A stretch of 64,000 nucleotides of DNA from positions 17,236,001 through 17,300,000 of the forward strand of contig OZ024743.1 in NCBI GenBank assembly GCA_964016885.1, in the 5' to 3' direction. Under the pieces are notes generated by a model that was not told where the DNA came from, searched no databases, and saw nothing but the letters and a program-made list of their open reading frames with translations. Source of the stretch: Eledone cirrhosa (taxonomy: Eukaryota). Both the position numbers and the translations under genes were made by a program. Below, in pieces: positions 51,787-64,000 of this stretch; within the stretch, counting starts at the first letter, position 1; every line of letters begins with the position of its first letter.

Positions 51787-53995
51787 TATAATGTGCATAC
51801 ACATATATATTCAATAAACACTATTAGGCTGGCAAATATGGCTTATTAATTTTGTATTATATGTTTTATTACACATCATATTTTCTGTCTTCTTAAATGA
51901 TAAAAAGTGAAAACTGGAATGGTTAAATAGTATAGGCTTTATTATGGGCTCAATAAGCTTTGAAGTGTATCAATATGATACAGATAATATTAATTTCAGA
52001 TTGTTTTCTGCAAATTAGGAAGCTTTACAGAACTGTTTTATCTTCATTTATCTTTTAAAGATTTGTTATTTACATGCCACTCCAATACCTTATAATAAAA
52101 TGAAATAACTGTCACTGTGGATCTCACAGCTTTCCTGCCCCATCAAGAACAAAAGACGATGTTCCATGAATGTCAATATGTTCATGTTGCCTATATGCAT
52201 AAATATATTTAACAAAATATGATCGATTTGTTTTATAACTAAAGAGTTATGTATGGAATTATTTTAATGACCCTTTCATGTGGCCATAGGAATTCATATA
52301 TAGAATACTAATGTTTTCTATGTCTATATCCTGGAATATTAATATCAATCATGTATGTTTCAGGGATAGAACGATGAAATAAACCCAACTTATATTAATA
52401 TGTTCAATATAGGTAAAATTATATGTTCACCATCAAGAAATCGTCCTTATTCAGATACTTTAATTTAAAATTTTATGAAAATGTTTAAAATGAAATAAAT
52501 ATATTCAGAAGAACATTAAACAAACGATCGTAATTATTTTCATGAATTGAACATATAAAACATCCAAGTGATTACCTTCAATATTTCTCTAATAAATGCA
52601 TGCAATTTACCTTTGTTCGTGGAAACTATTCTTGGTGAACTTGTGTTTTTATATGTTTTACATTCTTTTATTCGAATTGTCTTTAATTCAAATTATTCTG
52701 TTTTTAGTATTTTGAGTTTTCTAATTTGGTGATTCTTTTCTTTATTACCATTAACTGTATTTATATGTTAGTTTTCGTTTTGCCTGTTTGATCTTTATCC
52801 GTATCACTACAATCTGATTTAAAGTATCAATACCTTGTTAGAGGCAACGATATTTATGTTTTAGTTTGTTAATTAAAGATGAAGAACAACGAATTACGGA
52901 TATCGTTTGCACATTTCTAAATCCGTTAGGCATGATGTTAAACCACTATAATTTCACAAAGTAGACGACTAGTGTGTATTTGTAAAATTATTGGTAGTGT
53001 ATTGTTACGTTCAGAATAACAGATTACGTAATAAAATATGAAACAATAACTTAAGGAAACCCTACACGAGATCATAACACATCAAATGCAAAAAAAAAAA
53101 TTTTTTTATAATCAATATAATTTTTAGTTGAATTTAAAAAGATAAACGCCAGTGGGCTGAAGTATTATAGGGACATATTGTTTTACCAAAAAGACAGAAT
53201 GTATTGTTTTTTGCTCGAATAAAGAAATATCCTAACCTCTTTCTTGTCAAATATGTACTCGTCGTCTTTGGTGTGCGGGTTAATAAGAGTTTGGCTTAAT
53301 GAATAATTATTGTTTGTGTTTTATATTGACATATTTGTGAATTCAAGTTTTTCAATTTATTTCCCTTTTTAGTTTAGTAATTTAAATACTTTCTACATTT
53401 TCTAAAAGATTAATAGATACGAATGATAACATTTCATTTGAATTTATTCAATACAACTCTATTTCTATTGCAATGTTATGTCATTCTTTATCAGCGAATC
53501 TCAACTACATTACGCTAAAACTGTCTTTTGTTATCAATGTCTATAGGAAATGATGTTAATCAGGTATTCAATGAAATAATTATCGCATTTTCCGATTTAT
53601 ATTATGATTTCCAGAAAATAATTAATTGATCATAATCATTAAGTTTATAGAAATGAAGATTTCTAAGAGGATATCTATAATCGTATTGATGATAATGAAG
53701 AACCATGCGGCTACAAATGAAACTACATGTAATACAATAAAATAGATTTACAATAGAGCCTTAATTTAGAGAATATTTGTTAAAAGGAATGGAAAGAGAG
53801 ATCGTACAGTTATGCATACGCATTCGTCAAAATTACTTTACGATCAACTAAATAAAAAAGAAGCAGCACGAAGCAGCATATAATTTAATACAATATTAAG
53901 GGATATAAGTAAATATATTATATTGAGTCAGTAACGGCATTATGCATCTGATTACGATACCTAGAAAATAATAAATTATTTACCTAAAACATTCA

Positions 53996-54035
<40 letters not shown>

Positions 54036-54631
54036 TTGTGTATAATGGTAGCTATGGTGATAACATTTGCTCCGAACGAACTACGCGTGTCTGAAGGAAT
54101 CTGCAGCCGCCGTAGAATCAGCCAGATCCATACAGCGATCATGTCTCGAGCTACCTGCCGGCGAAACAATTGTAACACGCAATAGATTGAGTCCAGATGC
54201 ATCACTGATTTTTCGTTTTCTTTATACTATATACACAACATACACAACAGTCAACTATATATATATATATATATAATACTAAATGTTAATATTTCCATCT
54301 CGCGTAAAGAGTTAGAATCATATGATTCATTGAATACGATGGTGTATTCCATAAGTCATGGAGTATATTTCTTAATTGGATTCAAGTATATGATTCTTAT
54401 GAAAGAAATCTAAACAATAACCACATAGTTGTACATTTCGAAAATAAAAAAATTATGATTTACAAATAATTGTATAATATATTTGTCTGCATCAAATTAA
54501 CACCTCAAATTCATTCATATGTATATCACAAGTTTATCAGAACAATACTAATCACTAAAATTAACTGCGTCACGAATATTGTGTTTTAAAATTTGACATT
54601 TGTTTCATTTATTTCTTTAATATGAAATAAC

Positions 54632-54786
54632 TGTTTCTACTTTAGGCACAAGACCAGTGCATCGACCCCGTAAGGATGAAAGGCAAAGTCAACCTCGGCG
54701 GGATTTGAACTCAGATCGTAAAGGGACGTAACTATGCTGGAAAGCATGGCGTCCGACCCTCTACCGATACTGTCAATCCACCGCCT
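54632..54786 (-). mobile_element. tRNA-type SINE with internal deletions and 16-bp TSD
   Basis: Family sequence. TSD tttaatatgaaataac at 54616-54631 and 54787-54802. Confidence 0.9.
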
Positions 54787-55957
54787 TTTAATATGAAATA
54801 ACATAAATACGTTATGGCTGTAACTAACACTACGATAAACGCATTTATAAATGTGGGGTATGTTATATTTTAATAGGGGATCTCCATCGAATAATTCCTT
54901 CTCACATATTACAACCGTTAGTTTTGAACGTATTTATATGACCCATTAAATATTCAGTCACGTATCGTACATTGTCACTGAATGTATTTACCATATTGCA
55001 TGTTGAAATGGATATCAAATATATTCCACCGAAAGATTGAAATGAATGCATTTACCACGATGATTATATTTGAGTTGGGTGTACTCGTGAGTCATGTTAA
55101 TGTGCGTATCATTGTTTTCAAGGTGAATATACTATCCACTAGCAGATGCCATTACAACGTGTCTCTGTCACATTTAAATTCCACATTCTGAAGTAAGGTG
55201 AGCAGTAGATGTCACACACTCAGACAAAAAGCCATCAGGTGAGGCATTATGTCATCCTAAGTTCGTTCCGTTTCCTGGAGAGAAATCAATATGGCAACAG
55301 GAATCGTCATCTATCAAGCGCTACTATTTTATATAATCTATAAGAGAGAAATCCAGCGCAATGTAGTTTGCATTGGAGGATTATATTTTGACACATCTGC
55401 TTCCTCCATATACCTATTCGGCACGAATGTTTGTTGTGTGCTAGACTATGATGAACGTAGTACATACCTGATTAATTATCCTCACCACATTCTTTTTCAA
55501 TAGGCACCTCCGTTCGTTAAATAACATCATCGACGTAGTCTCAGATTACCGGAATGTCTTACATAAAGAGGTGCATATTTGAAATTATCCATTCTCACCA
55601 TCTATAATTTCAAGCTATATAGAAAAACAATATTTAGGAAATGTATTAGGAAGAATATATTAACCAAGAACATCAATAATGTTAATAGGTTCATTTATTA
55701 AATTATTCGTCACAGCACTGAGTAAGTGATCCTCCAGTAAGTTAAAAATTAATTGTCATGTTATATTACAATTTCTTTCCTTCGATATTGGATATTTTAT
55801 GACATTAAGTGAATGATCGGTCGATATGTCTATTATTCCATCAATCAGGGTGATCATTAAATTAATGATAATTTGTTTATGCATATTCTTTGATCTAATA
55901 TTATATGGATGTTTAAACACATTCGCAGACATACAAGCAATCGTACCTACATATCTG

Positions 55958-56018
<61 letters not shown>

Positions 56019-56045
56019 GCACATACACACACACACGCACACACC

Positions 56046-56093
<48 letters not shown>

Positions 56094-56098
<5 letters not shown>

Positions 56099-56562
56099 GC
56101 ACATTTACCCGGCGTTTCCCGGGATTTGAAATTATGCTAAGAATCTACAGCTAGGAAGTAAATTGAATGGAAAATGCCATAAGGATTTAATTTTTGGGGG
56201 TTTGCTGACACAGGCATGTGACTTAGAAGAAAATTGATGCTCGCTTAAGAACCTTATAGTTCAGAGAATAAACACCTACAATTTGGTCGCGAGTGACACC
56301 AAAAATGTGCAAGCTACAGCTGAAAAGTTGTAGGTCCAAACAGTTTGAATGGAACGTCCCATAAGGATTTTGTTTTGATTGATTTCTACCTTACATCATG
56401 CACTTTAGAACAAATAATGTTGCTATCAATTTTTTATTGCTCAACGTGGGTCGATTTGAAAAATGTTTACGTTGTGACCATCCTAGCGACAGGTGCCACG
56501 TGCACAGCAAATTTGGTCAAATTCGGTTGGGAATTGTAGAAGCCTTAGCTGTCCAAAGTTGT

Positions 56563-56636
<74 letters not shown>

Positions 56637-57704
56637 CCTCGCTTTTATATAGAGAGATTTCGCAGCTCTAGCATCACGCCTTCAGAGTCAGCCAAATAAC
56701 TGTTCAACCCAGATTTGTATACAATACACAATTATTTGTCCTAACTGGCTTCCATAATTTTTTCATCTCCCCACTCCTCTACTTTTTTCTCCTCCCCTTC
56801 AACGTATCTCCCTACCTCGTTCCGCCACTCTTACTTAATCTTTCTGGTATTTTCTCTCTCTCGTTCTCTCTTTTTATATCTTATTTTCCCTATCTGTCTT
56901 TGTTTGTGTCATTTCTAATCTCTTTCTCTTTCTCTTTCTCTCTCTATCTCTATTTCCCTCTCTTTATATTTCATCCCCCCTCTCTCTATTAATGATTGCT
57001 TTCCGCTCTCACTCTTTTGTATTACTCCTCTATTTCTGTCTCTCTTTGTATCATATCTCCTTCTTTCTCTCGCTTTATATCTTAACTCCCTCTCTGTCTC
57101 TTTTTATGCCATATCTCTTCTCTCGCTCTCACGCTCTCTCTCTTTCTATAATATCTCCCCCTTCTCTCTCTCTGTACCATATCTCATCTCGCTCCTCCTC
57201 GCTCTTTCTCTCTTTGTACCATATCTCCTCTCTCTCCTTCTGACTCTCTCTGTACCATATCTCCCCTCTCTCACTTTCTTTATAGCATATCTCCTCTCTC
57301 TCACTTTATACCATATCTCATCTCTCTCTCTCCCTCCTCACCATATCCTATCTCTCCCTCTCTCCCTTACCATATCACCTCTCTCTCTCTCTCTCTCTGT
57401 AACATATCTCATCTTTCTCCATCTGTACTATATCTCCCCCTCTCCCTATCTACCATATATTCTCTCTCTCTCTTTCTCGCTCGCTTTCTCATTCTCTCAG
57501 TCTTTCTTCTACCATGATTCTGACACCCGTGGAATTTCATACTCTGTACACACACATCCTCGCTTTTATATATATAGATAATATTGATATCGATTTGTTA
57601 TTGCTCAACCTGGGTCGATTTGAAAAAATTAGCGACAGGTGTAACGTTACCAGAAAATATGGTCAAATTCGAGAATTGTAAAAGCCTTAGGTGTCCAAAG
57701 CTGT

Positions 57705-57739
<35 letters not shown>

Positions 57740-57760
57740 TGCTTTTATATATATAGATGT
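56094..57760 (+). mobile_element. Non-autonomous Helitron/Helentron (HINE-like) element carrying microsatellites, with repeated 3' modules
   Basis: Head actagc...cccggcgtttcccggg (hairpin). Module (ac)n-cctcgcttttatata...gat ends at ~56658, ~57580 and ~57758. CT-rich interior. A second head, cccggcgttgctcggg, lies at ~63372-63405. Confidence 0.5.
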
Positions 57761-57985
57761 AATCTGACTCTTTCGAATATTAAGAATACTATTCGATTCG
57801 TTTGCTATTATGCAAACAGCCTCTTTTAAGCGATGTCAGTAGAATGAGCCCTTCCTGCTTGCTCCTGTATTGGAATGGGAACAGCGAGTGAGGTCAAGGT
57901 TGAGGGGGAATTGATATTTGCAGAAACATAGAATGAATGTGACCCGAATCTCCTTACACATATATTTGTATGATAATTCCAAGGG

Positions 57986-58075
57986 ATCATTAACTTTGCC
58001 TTTCATCCTTACGGGGTCGATAATATAAAGTACCATTAATACATTGGAATAACTACTGGCTTTGTGCAACAATGC
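57986..58075 (+). mobile_element. SINE 3' fragment
   Basis: aactttgcctttcatccttacggggtcgataatataaagtacc...ggctttgtgc. Confidence 0.75.
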
Positions 58076-58435
58076 AACGACTATATATATTTTTTCAGCA
58101 GCCATAAATGCACACATGAATTCACGTTCACCCTGACACAAAATGCACATGAATAACTAGTAATAATTATGCTATTGAATACACATTTAATAATATTTCG
58201 AAGTTTAGCAACATGCATGACTATATATTGCAACGTTTTTTTAAATATCCACTTCTGCGTTTACAGATTGACTTTGTTAGTTTCAGAAGATCCCGTTAAG
58301 GGTGAAAGCAGCGATTCTTTGCTTAAACTTTAATCTGTTATTTTAATAAATATTTGCTCTACGGTTCTTATATATTTGATATATATTTATCCTTATCGAG
58401 TCCTCTTTGGATTTTAGTCTTCAAATTTATTATTT

Positions 58436-58504
<69 letters not shown>

Positions 58505-59810
58505 CAGGGCGGGGCATAAAAACTGTTACAAAATAAAATGCAAATAGTTCTTGGAAAAAACATATATTTCAAGATCTGACTTCAACAAATAGTAAGTAAT
58601 ATACTATTAAACAACTGCACAAACATTTATTCAAAATGCTTTCCCCTAGCTCTCACTACCGCACGAAGTCTTCTAGGAGAGTCTTCGATGACTGCACGAA
58701 CAGTTTCCATGGGTATTTTCTCCCATACTTTATTCAGTTTTGATTTCAGAGTTTCAATATTTTGGCTAGGAGTAGAGAAGGCTTCACTCTCAAGAACTGA
58801 CCATAAAGAAAAATCGAGAGAGTTGAGATCTGGTGATGTGGGAGGCCACTCTTCCTTACTGATCCATGCAGGACAATGGTCTCTACACCACTATTGCGTT
58901 ACGCGAGGAGTGTGGCTCGTCACTCCATCTTGTTGGAGAGTCCAAAAGTCATCGCCATAAACAGATATGCACCATGGCATCAGTGCTCCTTCCAAAATAT
59001 CCTTTATGTAAAGTTCTTTGTTAATTTTAACTCTTTGAGGCACAAAAATCAGAGGAGACATCCCTCTTTCACAAATGGCTGCCCAAACCATTACTAATGC
59101 TGGTTTCTGTGTTCTGAACACTTTTCCTACACTTGAAGGAATTGATTTGAGACTTTTTGCAAGTACTCGATCATTTTGAGGGTTGTGAGACTTCTGCACA
59201 GTGAATCACTTCTTATCTGTCAAGATGAAGTTTTGCAGCATGCCATCCTTGATACGGTTCAATAACAGTTTACTTCTGGACAGCCTCTTTTCAATTGTGG
59301 CTGCAGAAAGAAACTGTCTCTTTTGGAACTTATAGGGTGACATCCCCAGATCATGTCGACAAATCCTCCGCATAGTTCTCGTCCATGTTTCTGCTTCTTC
59401 TGCCTTTTTTTCTCATGAACCTTCTTGGATTACGCCTTATTTTTTCCTTCACACTTTTAACGAGTGTTGGTGTTCTTGAGGTGCGAGGGCGTCTGGATCG
59501 AGATTTGTCTTTGGTCGAGTAAGTTTCCTTAAATCGATCGATTGTCCTTTTGAACAACACTCTATTGATTTAAAGAATTTTCCCCAGTTTAAATATCTCG
59601 GGTGGAGTCAGGCCTTTTTCATGCTTCTCTATTATGAACTTTCTTTTCAATTCTATGGACATTGCAAATTGTTAATGGAGTAATGTTCTGAAAGATAGTT
59701 AATGTGGTTATAGTGCATGGATTTGATACACATATATGAGTTATATTACCAACATAATGTATTTTTAAAATTGATTTAAAACTTTGTAACAGGAATCATG
59801 CCCAACCCTG
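58505..59810 (-). mobile_element. Tc1/mariner superfamily DD37D (maT) transposon, copy 1; transposase pseudogene 58627-59662
   Basis: Imperfect TIRs CAGGGCGGGGCATAAAAACTGTTACAAA / CAGGGTTGGGCATGATTCCTGTTACAAA in TA context. Motifs RSRRPRT, VMVWAAI, QQD-x37-D (WPPTSPDLNSLD). Internal stops. Confidence 0.9.
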
Positions 59811-59889
<79 letters not shown>

Positions 59890-60153
59890 ACACGTACATA
59901 CATATATGTATACAGACGTACAGTAGTATGTATATATATATACGTACATGCACACATATATGAATCCATACGTACATATATATATATGTGTGCATGTATG
60001 TATATATATATACATACTACTGTACGTCTGTATACATATATGTATGTACCTGTACATACTTATATTTAAGTAACAGCCGTACTAGGAGTGGGAAATGAAA
60101 TTTCGTTTCATCTTTTCCGTTTATATATATATATATATATATATAAATATGTA

Positions 60154-60261
<108 letters not shown>

Positions 60262-61567
60262 CAGGTCGGGGCATAAAAACTGTTACAAAATAAAATGCAA
60301 ATAGTTCTTGGAAAAAACATATATTTCAAGATCTGACTTCAACAAATAGTAAGTAATATACTATTAAACAACTGCACAAACATTTATTCAAAATGCTTTC
60401 CCCTAGCTCTCACTACCGCACGAAGTCTTCTAGGAAAGTCTTCGATGACTGCACGAACAGTTTCCATGGGTATTTTCTCCCATACTTTATTCAGTTTTGA
60501 TTTCAGAGTTTCAATATTTTGGCTAGGAGTAGAGAAGGCTTCACTCTCAAGAACTGACCATAAAGAAAAATCGAGAGGGTTGAGATCTGGTGATGTGGGA
60601 GGCCACTCTTCCTTACTGATCCATGCAGGACAATGGTCTCTACACCACTATTGTGTTACGCGAGGAGTGTGGCTCGTCACTCCATCTTGTTGGAGAGTCC
60701 AAAAGTCATCGCCATAAACAGATATGCACCATGGCATCAGTGCTCCTTCCAAAATATCCTTTATGTAAAGTTCTTTGTTAATTTTAACTCTTTGAGGCAC
60801 AAAAATCAGAGGAGACATCCCTCTTTCACAAATGGCTGCCCAAACCATTACTAATGCTGGTTTCTGTGTTCTGAACACTTTTCCTACACTTGAAGGAATT
60901 GATTTGAGACTTTTTGCAAGTACTCGATCATTTTGAGGGTTGTGAGACTTCTGCACAGTGAATCACTTCTTATCTGTCAAGATGAAGTTTTGCAGCATGC
61001 CATCCTTGATACGGTTCAATAACAGTTTACTTCTGGACAGCCTCTTTTCAATTGTGGCTGCAGAAAGAAACTGTCTCTTTTGGAACTTATAGGGTGACAT
61101 CCCCAGATCATGTCGACAAATCCACCGCATAGTTCTCGTCCATGTTTCTGCTTCTTCTGCCTTTTTTTCTCATGAACCTTCTTGGATTACGCCTTATTTT
61201 TTCCTTCACACTTTTAACGAGTGTTGGTGTTCTTGAGGTGCGAGGGCGTCTGGATCGAGATTTGTCTTTGGTCGAGTAAGTTTCCTTAAATCGATCGATT
61301 GTCCTTTTGAACAACACTCTATTGATTTTAAGAATTTTCCCCAGTTTAAATATCTCGGGTGGAGTCAGGCCTTTTTCATGCTTCTCTATTATGAACTTTC
61401 TTTTCAATTCTATGGACATTGCAAATTGTTAATGGAGTAATGTTCTGAAAGATAGTTAATGTGGTTATAGTGCATGGATTTGATACACATATATGAGTTA
61501 TATTACCAACATAATGTATTTTTAAAATTGATTTAAAACTTTGTAACAGGAATCATGCCCAACCCTG
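60262..61567 (-). mobile_element. DD37D (maT) transposon, copy 2; transposase pseudogene 60384-61419
   Basis: Offset 1757 bp from copy 1, a handful of substitutions, SPDLNPLD, and the same internal stops. Confidence 0.9.
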
Positions 61568-61672
<105 letters not shown>

Positions 61673-61903
61673 ACACGTACATACATATATGTATACAGAC
61701 GTACAGTAGTATGTATATATATATACGTACATGCACACATATATGAATCCATACGTACATATATATATATGTGTGCATGTATGTATATATATATATACAT
61801 ACGACTGTACGTCTGTATACATATATGTATGTACCTGTACATACTTATATTTAAGTAACAGCCGTACTAGGAGTGGGAAATGAAATTTCGTTTCATCTTT
61901 TCC

Positions 61904-61942
<39 letters not shown>

Positions 61943-61946
61943 TGTA

Positions 61947-61980
<34 letters not shown>

Positions 61981-61987
<7 letters not shown>

Positions 61988-63100
61988 GGGGGCTTAGTAA
62001 AATCGAATCTTGGGCGGTGTGCAAGCAAATTCGACCTACTATATGAACGAGTTAGCAAAGCACTCGACAAGGTAGGTCCTTAGAGTAATAACATACGTTT
62101 ATATAGCTTGACAAATTGAACATTGTGGTAGGCAAAATCTAACACACAATACAAAAGTAACGAAAGAACTAACAGTTTGAGAAAAAATACACCTGAACAA
62201 ATCAAACGTTATACGTTTAAAGTGTTTCTATGAATCCGAAATCAAATGTCAGACTTACGTAACTGGCAAGCTCCTGGTATTCATGATCGAACAGAGGATT
62301 CATTTCATCAACAGGTTTTCGTTCTACCAAAGAACAGGGCGACATACTAAATGTTGCAGCTAGAAGCAGCGAATCCGATTTTTAGTTGTCACATGTTATT
62401 TCCAACAACGGAAATAGCCCGCGGTTTTTGGCGGGTCATTCAAAGTGTTAGACAGGAAATATTATAATTTCCGCTAACTTTCAGAATAAGCTCTCGACCG
62501 GATGTTATTAAACAAACACAAATAATTAAATAATGGACAGAATTATCTAATTAAATTAATTAGTTAATTAATAAGTCTAGGAGAAAATAATATAATTGGA
62601 GGCTTAGTAAAATCGAATCATTGGCGGTGTGCAAGCAAATTCGACCTACTATATGAATGAGTTAGCAAAGCATTCGACAATGTAGGTCCTTTGAGTAATA
62701 ACATACGTTTAAATAGCTTGACAAATTGAACATTGTGGTAGATAAAATCTAACACACAATACAAAAGTAACAAAAGAACTGACAGGTTAAGAAAAAATAC
62801 ACCTGGACAAATCAAACGTTATACGTTTAAAGTGTTTCTATAACATCCGAAATTAAATATCAGACTTACGTAACTGGCAAGCTCGTGGTATTCATGATCG
62901 AACAGATGATTCATTTCATCAACAGGATTTCGTTCTTCCAGAGAACAGGGCGACATACTAAATGTTGAGGCTAGCAGCAGTGAATCAGATTTTTAGATGT
63001 CACGTGTTGTTTCCCAAAAGGGAAATAACCCGCGGTTTTTGGTGGGTCATTCAATGTGTTAGACAAAGGAGATATTGTAATTTCCGCTAACTTTCAGAAT
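61981..63100. repeat. Diverged tandem duplication, period ~610 bp
   Basis: tataattggRggcttagtaaaatcgaatc starts at 61981 and 62591. Similarity continues ~510 bp to tttccgctaactttcagaata. Confidence 0.9.
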
Positions 63101-63108
63101 ATATATAT

Positions 63109-63199
63109 AGAAAAAGAGATGAAATCGAAAATGCAACTGGAGTCTTATTTTGTTAAAAAATATGACTCCAGTTGCATTTTCGATTTCATCTCTTTTTCT
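63109..63199. repeat. Perfect 36-bp hairpin (63109-63144 / 63164-63199)
   Basis: agaaaaagagatgaaatcgaaaatgcaactggagtc and its exact reverse complement, 19-nt spacer. Confidence 0.92.
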
Positions 63200-63229
63200 T
63201 TATACTTTCACTCGTGTAGGACACCTCAC

Positions 63230-63321
<92 letters not shown>

Positions 63322-63336
63322 ATATATATATATATT

Positions 63337-63367
<31 letters not shown>

Positions 63368-63399
63368 ATATTACTACCATAATGGCCCGGCGTTGCTCG

Positions 63400-63527
63400 G
63401 GATTTGCTCTAGGATTCTTATATATTTGATATATATTTATCCTTATCGAGCCTCGTGAAACAAATACGTTTGTTTATATGTTGTTATTGTGTATGCAAAA
63501 ATATCTGTACATGAATATATAATTATA

Positions 63528-63558
<31 letters not shown>

Positions 63559-63920
63559 TAAAATAACATAATAAAATTTAAGCAAAGAATCACTGGTTTC
63601 ACACTTAACGGGATCTTCTGAAACTAAAAAAATCAATCTGTGAACGCAGAAAATGAATCGCTGCTCTCTCCCTTAACGGAATCTTCTACCTAAAAGCAGT
63701 ATGAAGTACACTAAGACTAACTGATGTAATCGTTGGCCTAGTTTGTTTATATTTTGTTTTTGTGTATGCAAAAATATCTGTACACGAATATCTATATTAA
63801 AATAATATATTAATGTTTAAGCAAAGAATCGCTGCTTTCAACCTTAACGGGATCTTCTGAAACTAAAAGAATCAATCTGTGAACAATGATGTAAATATAT
63901 CGAAAAACGTTGCAACCGAA
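63400..63920. repeat. Rearranged repeat modules related to 58215-58405
   Basis: ttaagcaaagaatc...ttaacgggatcttctgaaacta occurs at ~63578 and ~63817 and inverted at ~58255-58328. The segment ttcttatatatttgatatatatttatccttatcgag occurs directly at ~58365 and ~63415. Confidence 0.8.
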
Positions 63921-64000
63921 GGAAAACAGGCAGACGATACGTTGGTTCGTGAATACGCTCTTTGGCATAAGAATATATATATATACACACACACAATATA

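Noticed and set aside
53993-54276. GC-richer patch with ORFs on both strands as a first exon
   Set aside because: No homology or clear splice and start context visible.

Overview
AT-rich, microsatellite-laden animal genomic DNA. Repeat content suggests a cephalopod such as Octopus (inference). No intact host gene is evident. The centre (21.25-41.75 kb) is a retrotransposon stack built on (AAT)n repeats. It holds three full-length but mutated Tx1-clade LINEs on the minus strand (A, B, C), one decayed R4/Dong-like LINE on the plus strand, and a tRNA-type SINE. Main observations: (1) the LINEs and the SINE family share a 3'-terminal CUUGU-loop hairpin, with compensatory stem changes, and the same ATTAT insertion site, suggesting a Tx1 LINE-SINE partnership; (2) in all three LINEs a GTAAG splice donor overlaps the ORF1 stop and a candidate acceptor lies in the 3' UTR, so ORF2 may be an excisable intron; (3) B and C have near-identical ORF2/3' UTR but very divergent ORF1/5' UTR; (4) ORF1 has an unrecognised conserved C-terminal domain. 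Elsewhere are a selenophosphate synthetase retro-pseudogene fragment, Penelope remnants with hammerhead ribozyme motifs and long inverted repeats, a tandemly duplicated DD37D (maT) transposon, a Helitron/HINE-like element and weak candidate lectin-domain exons. All alignments and identities were judged by eye.
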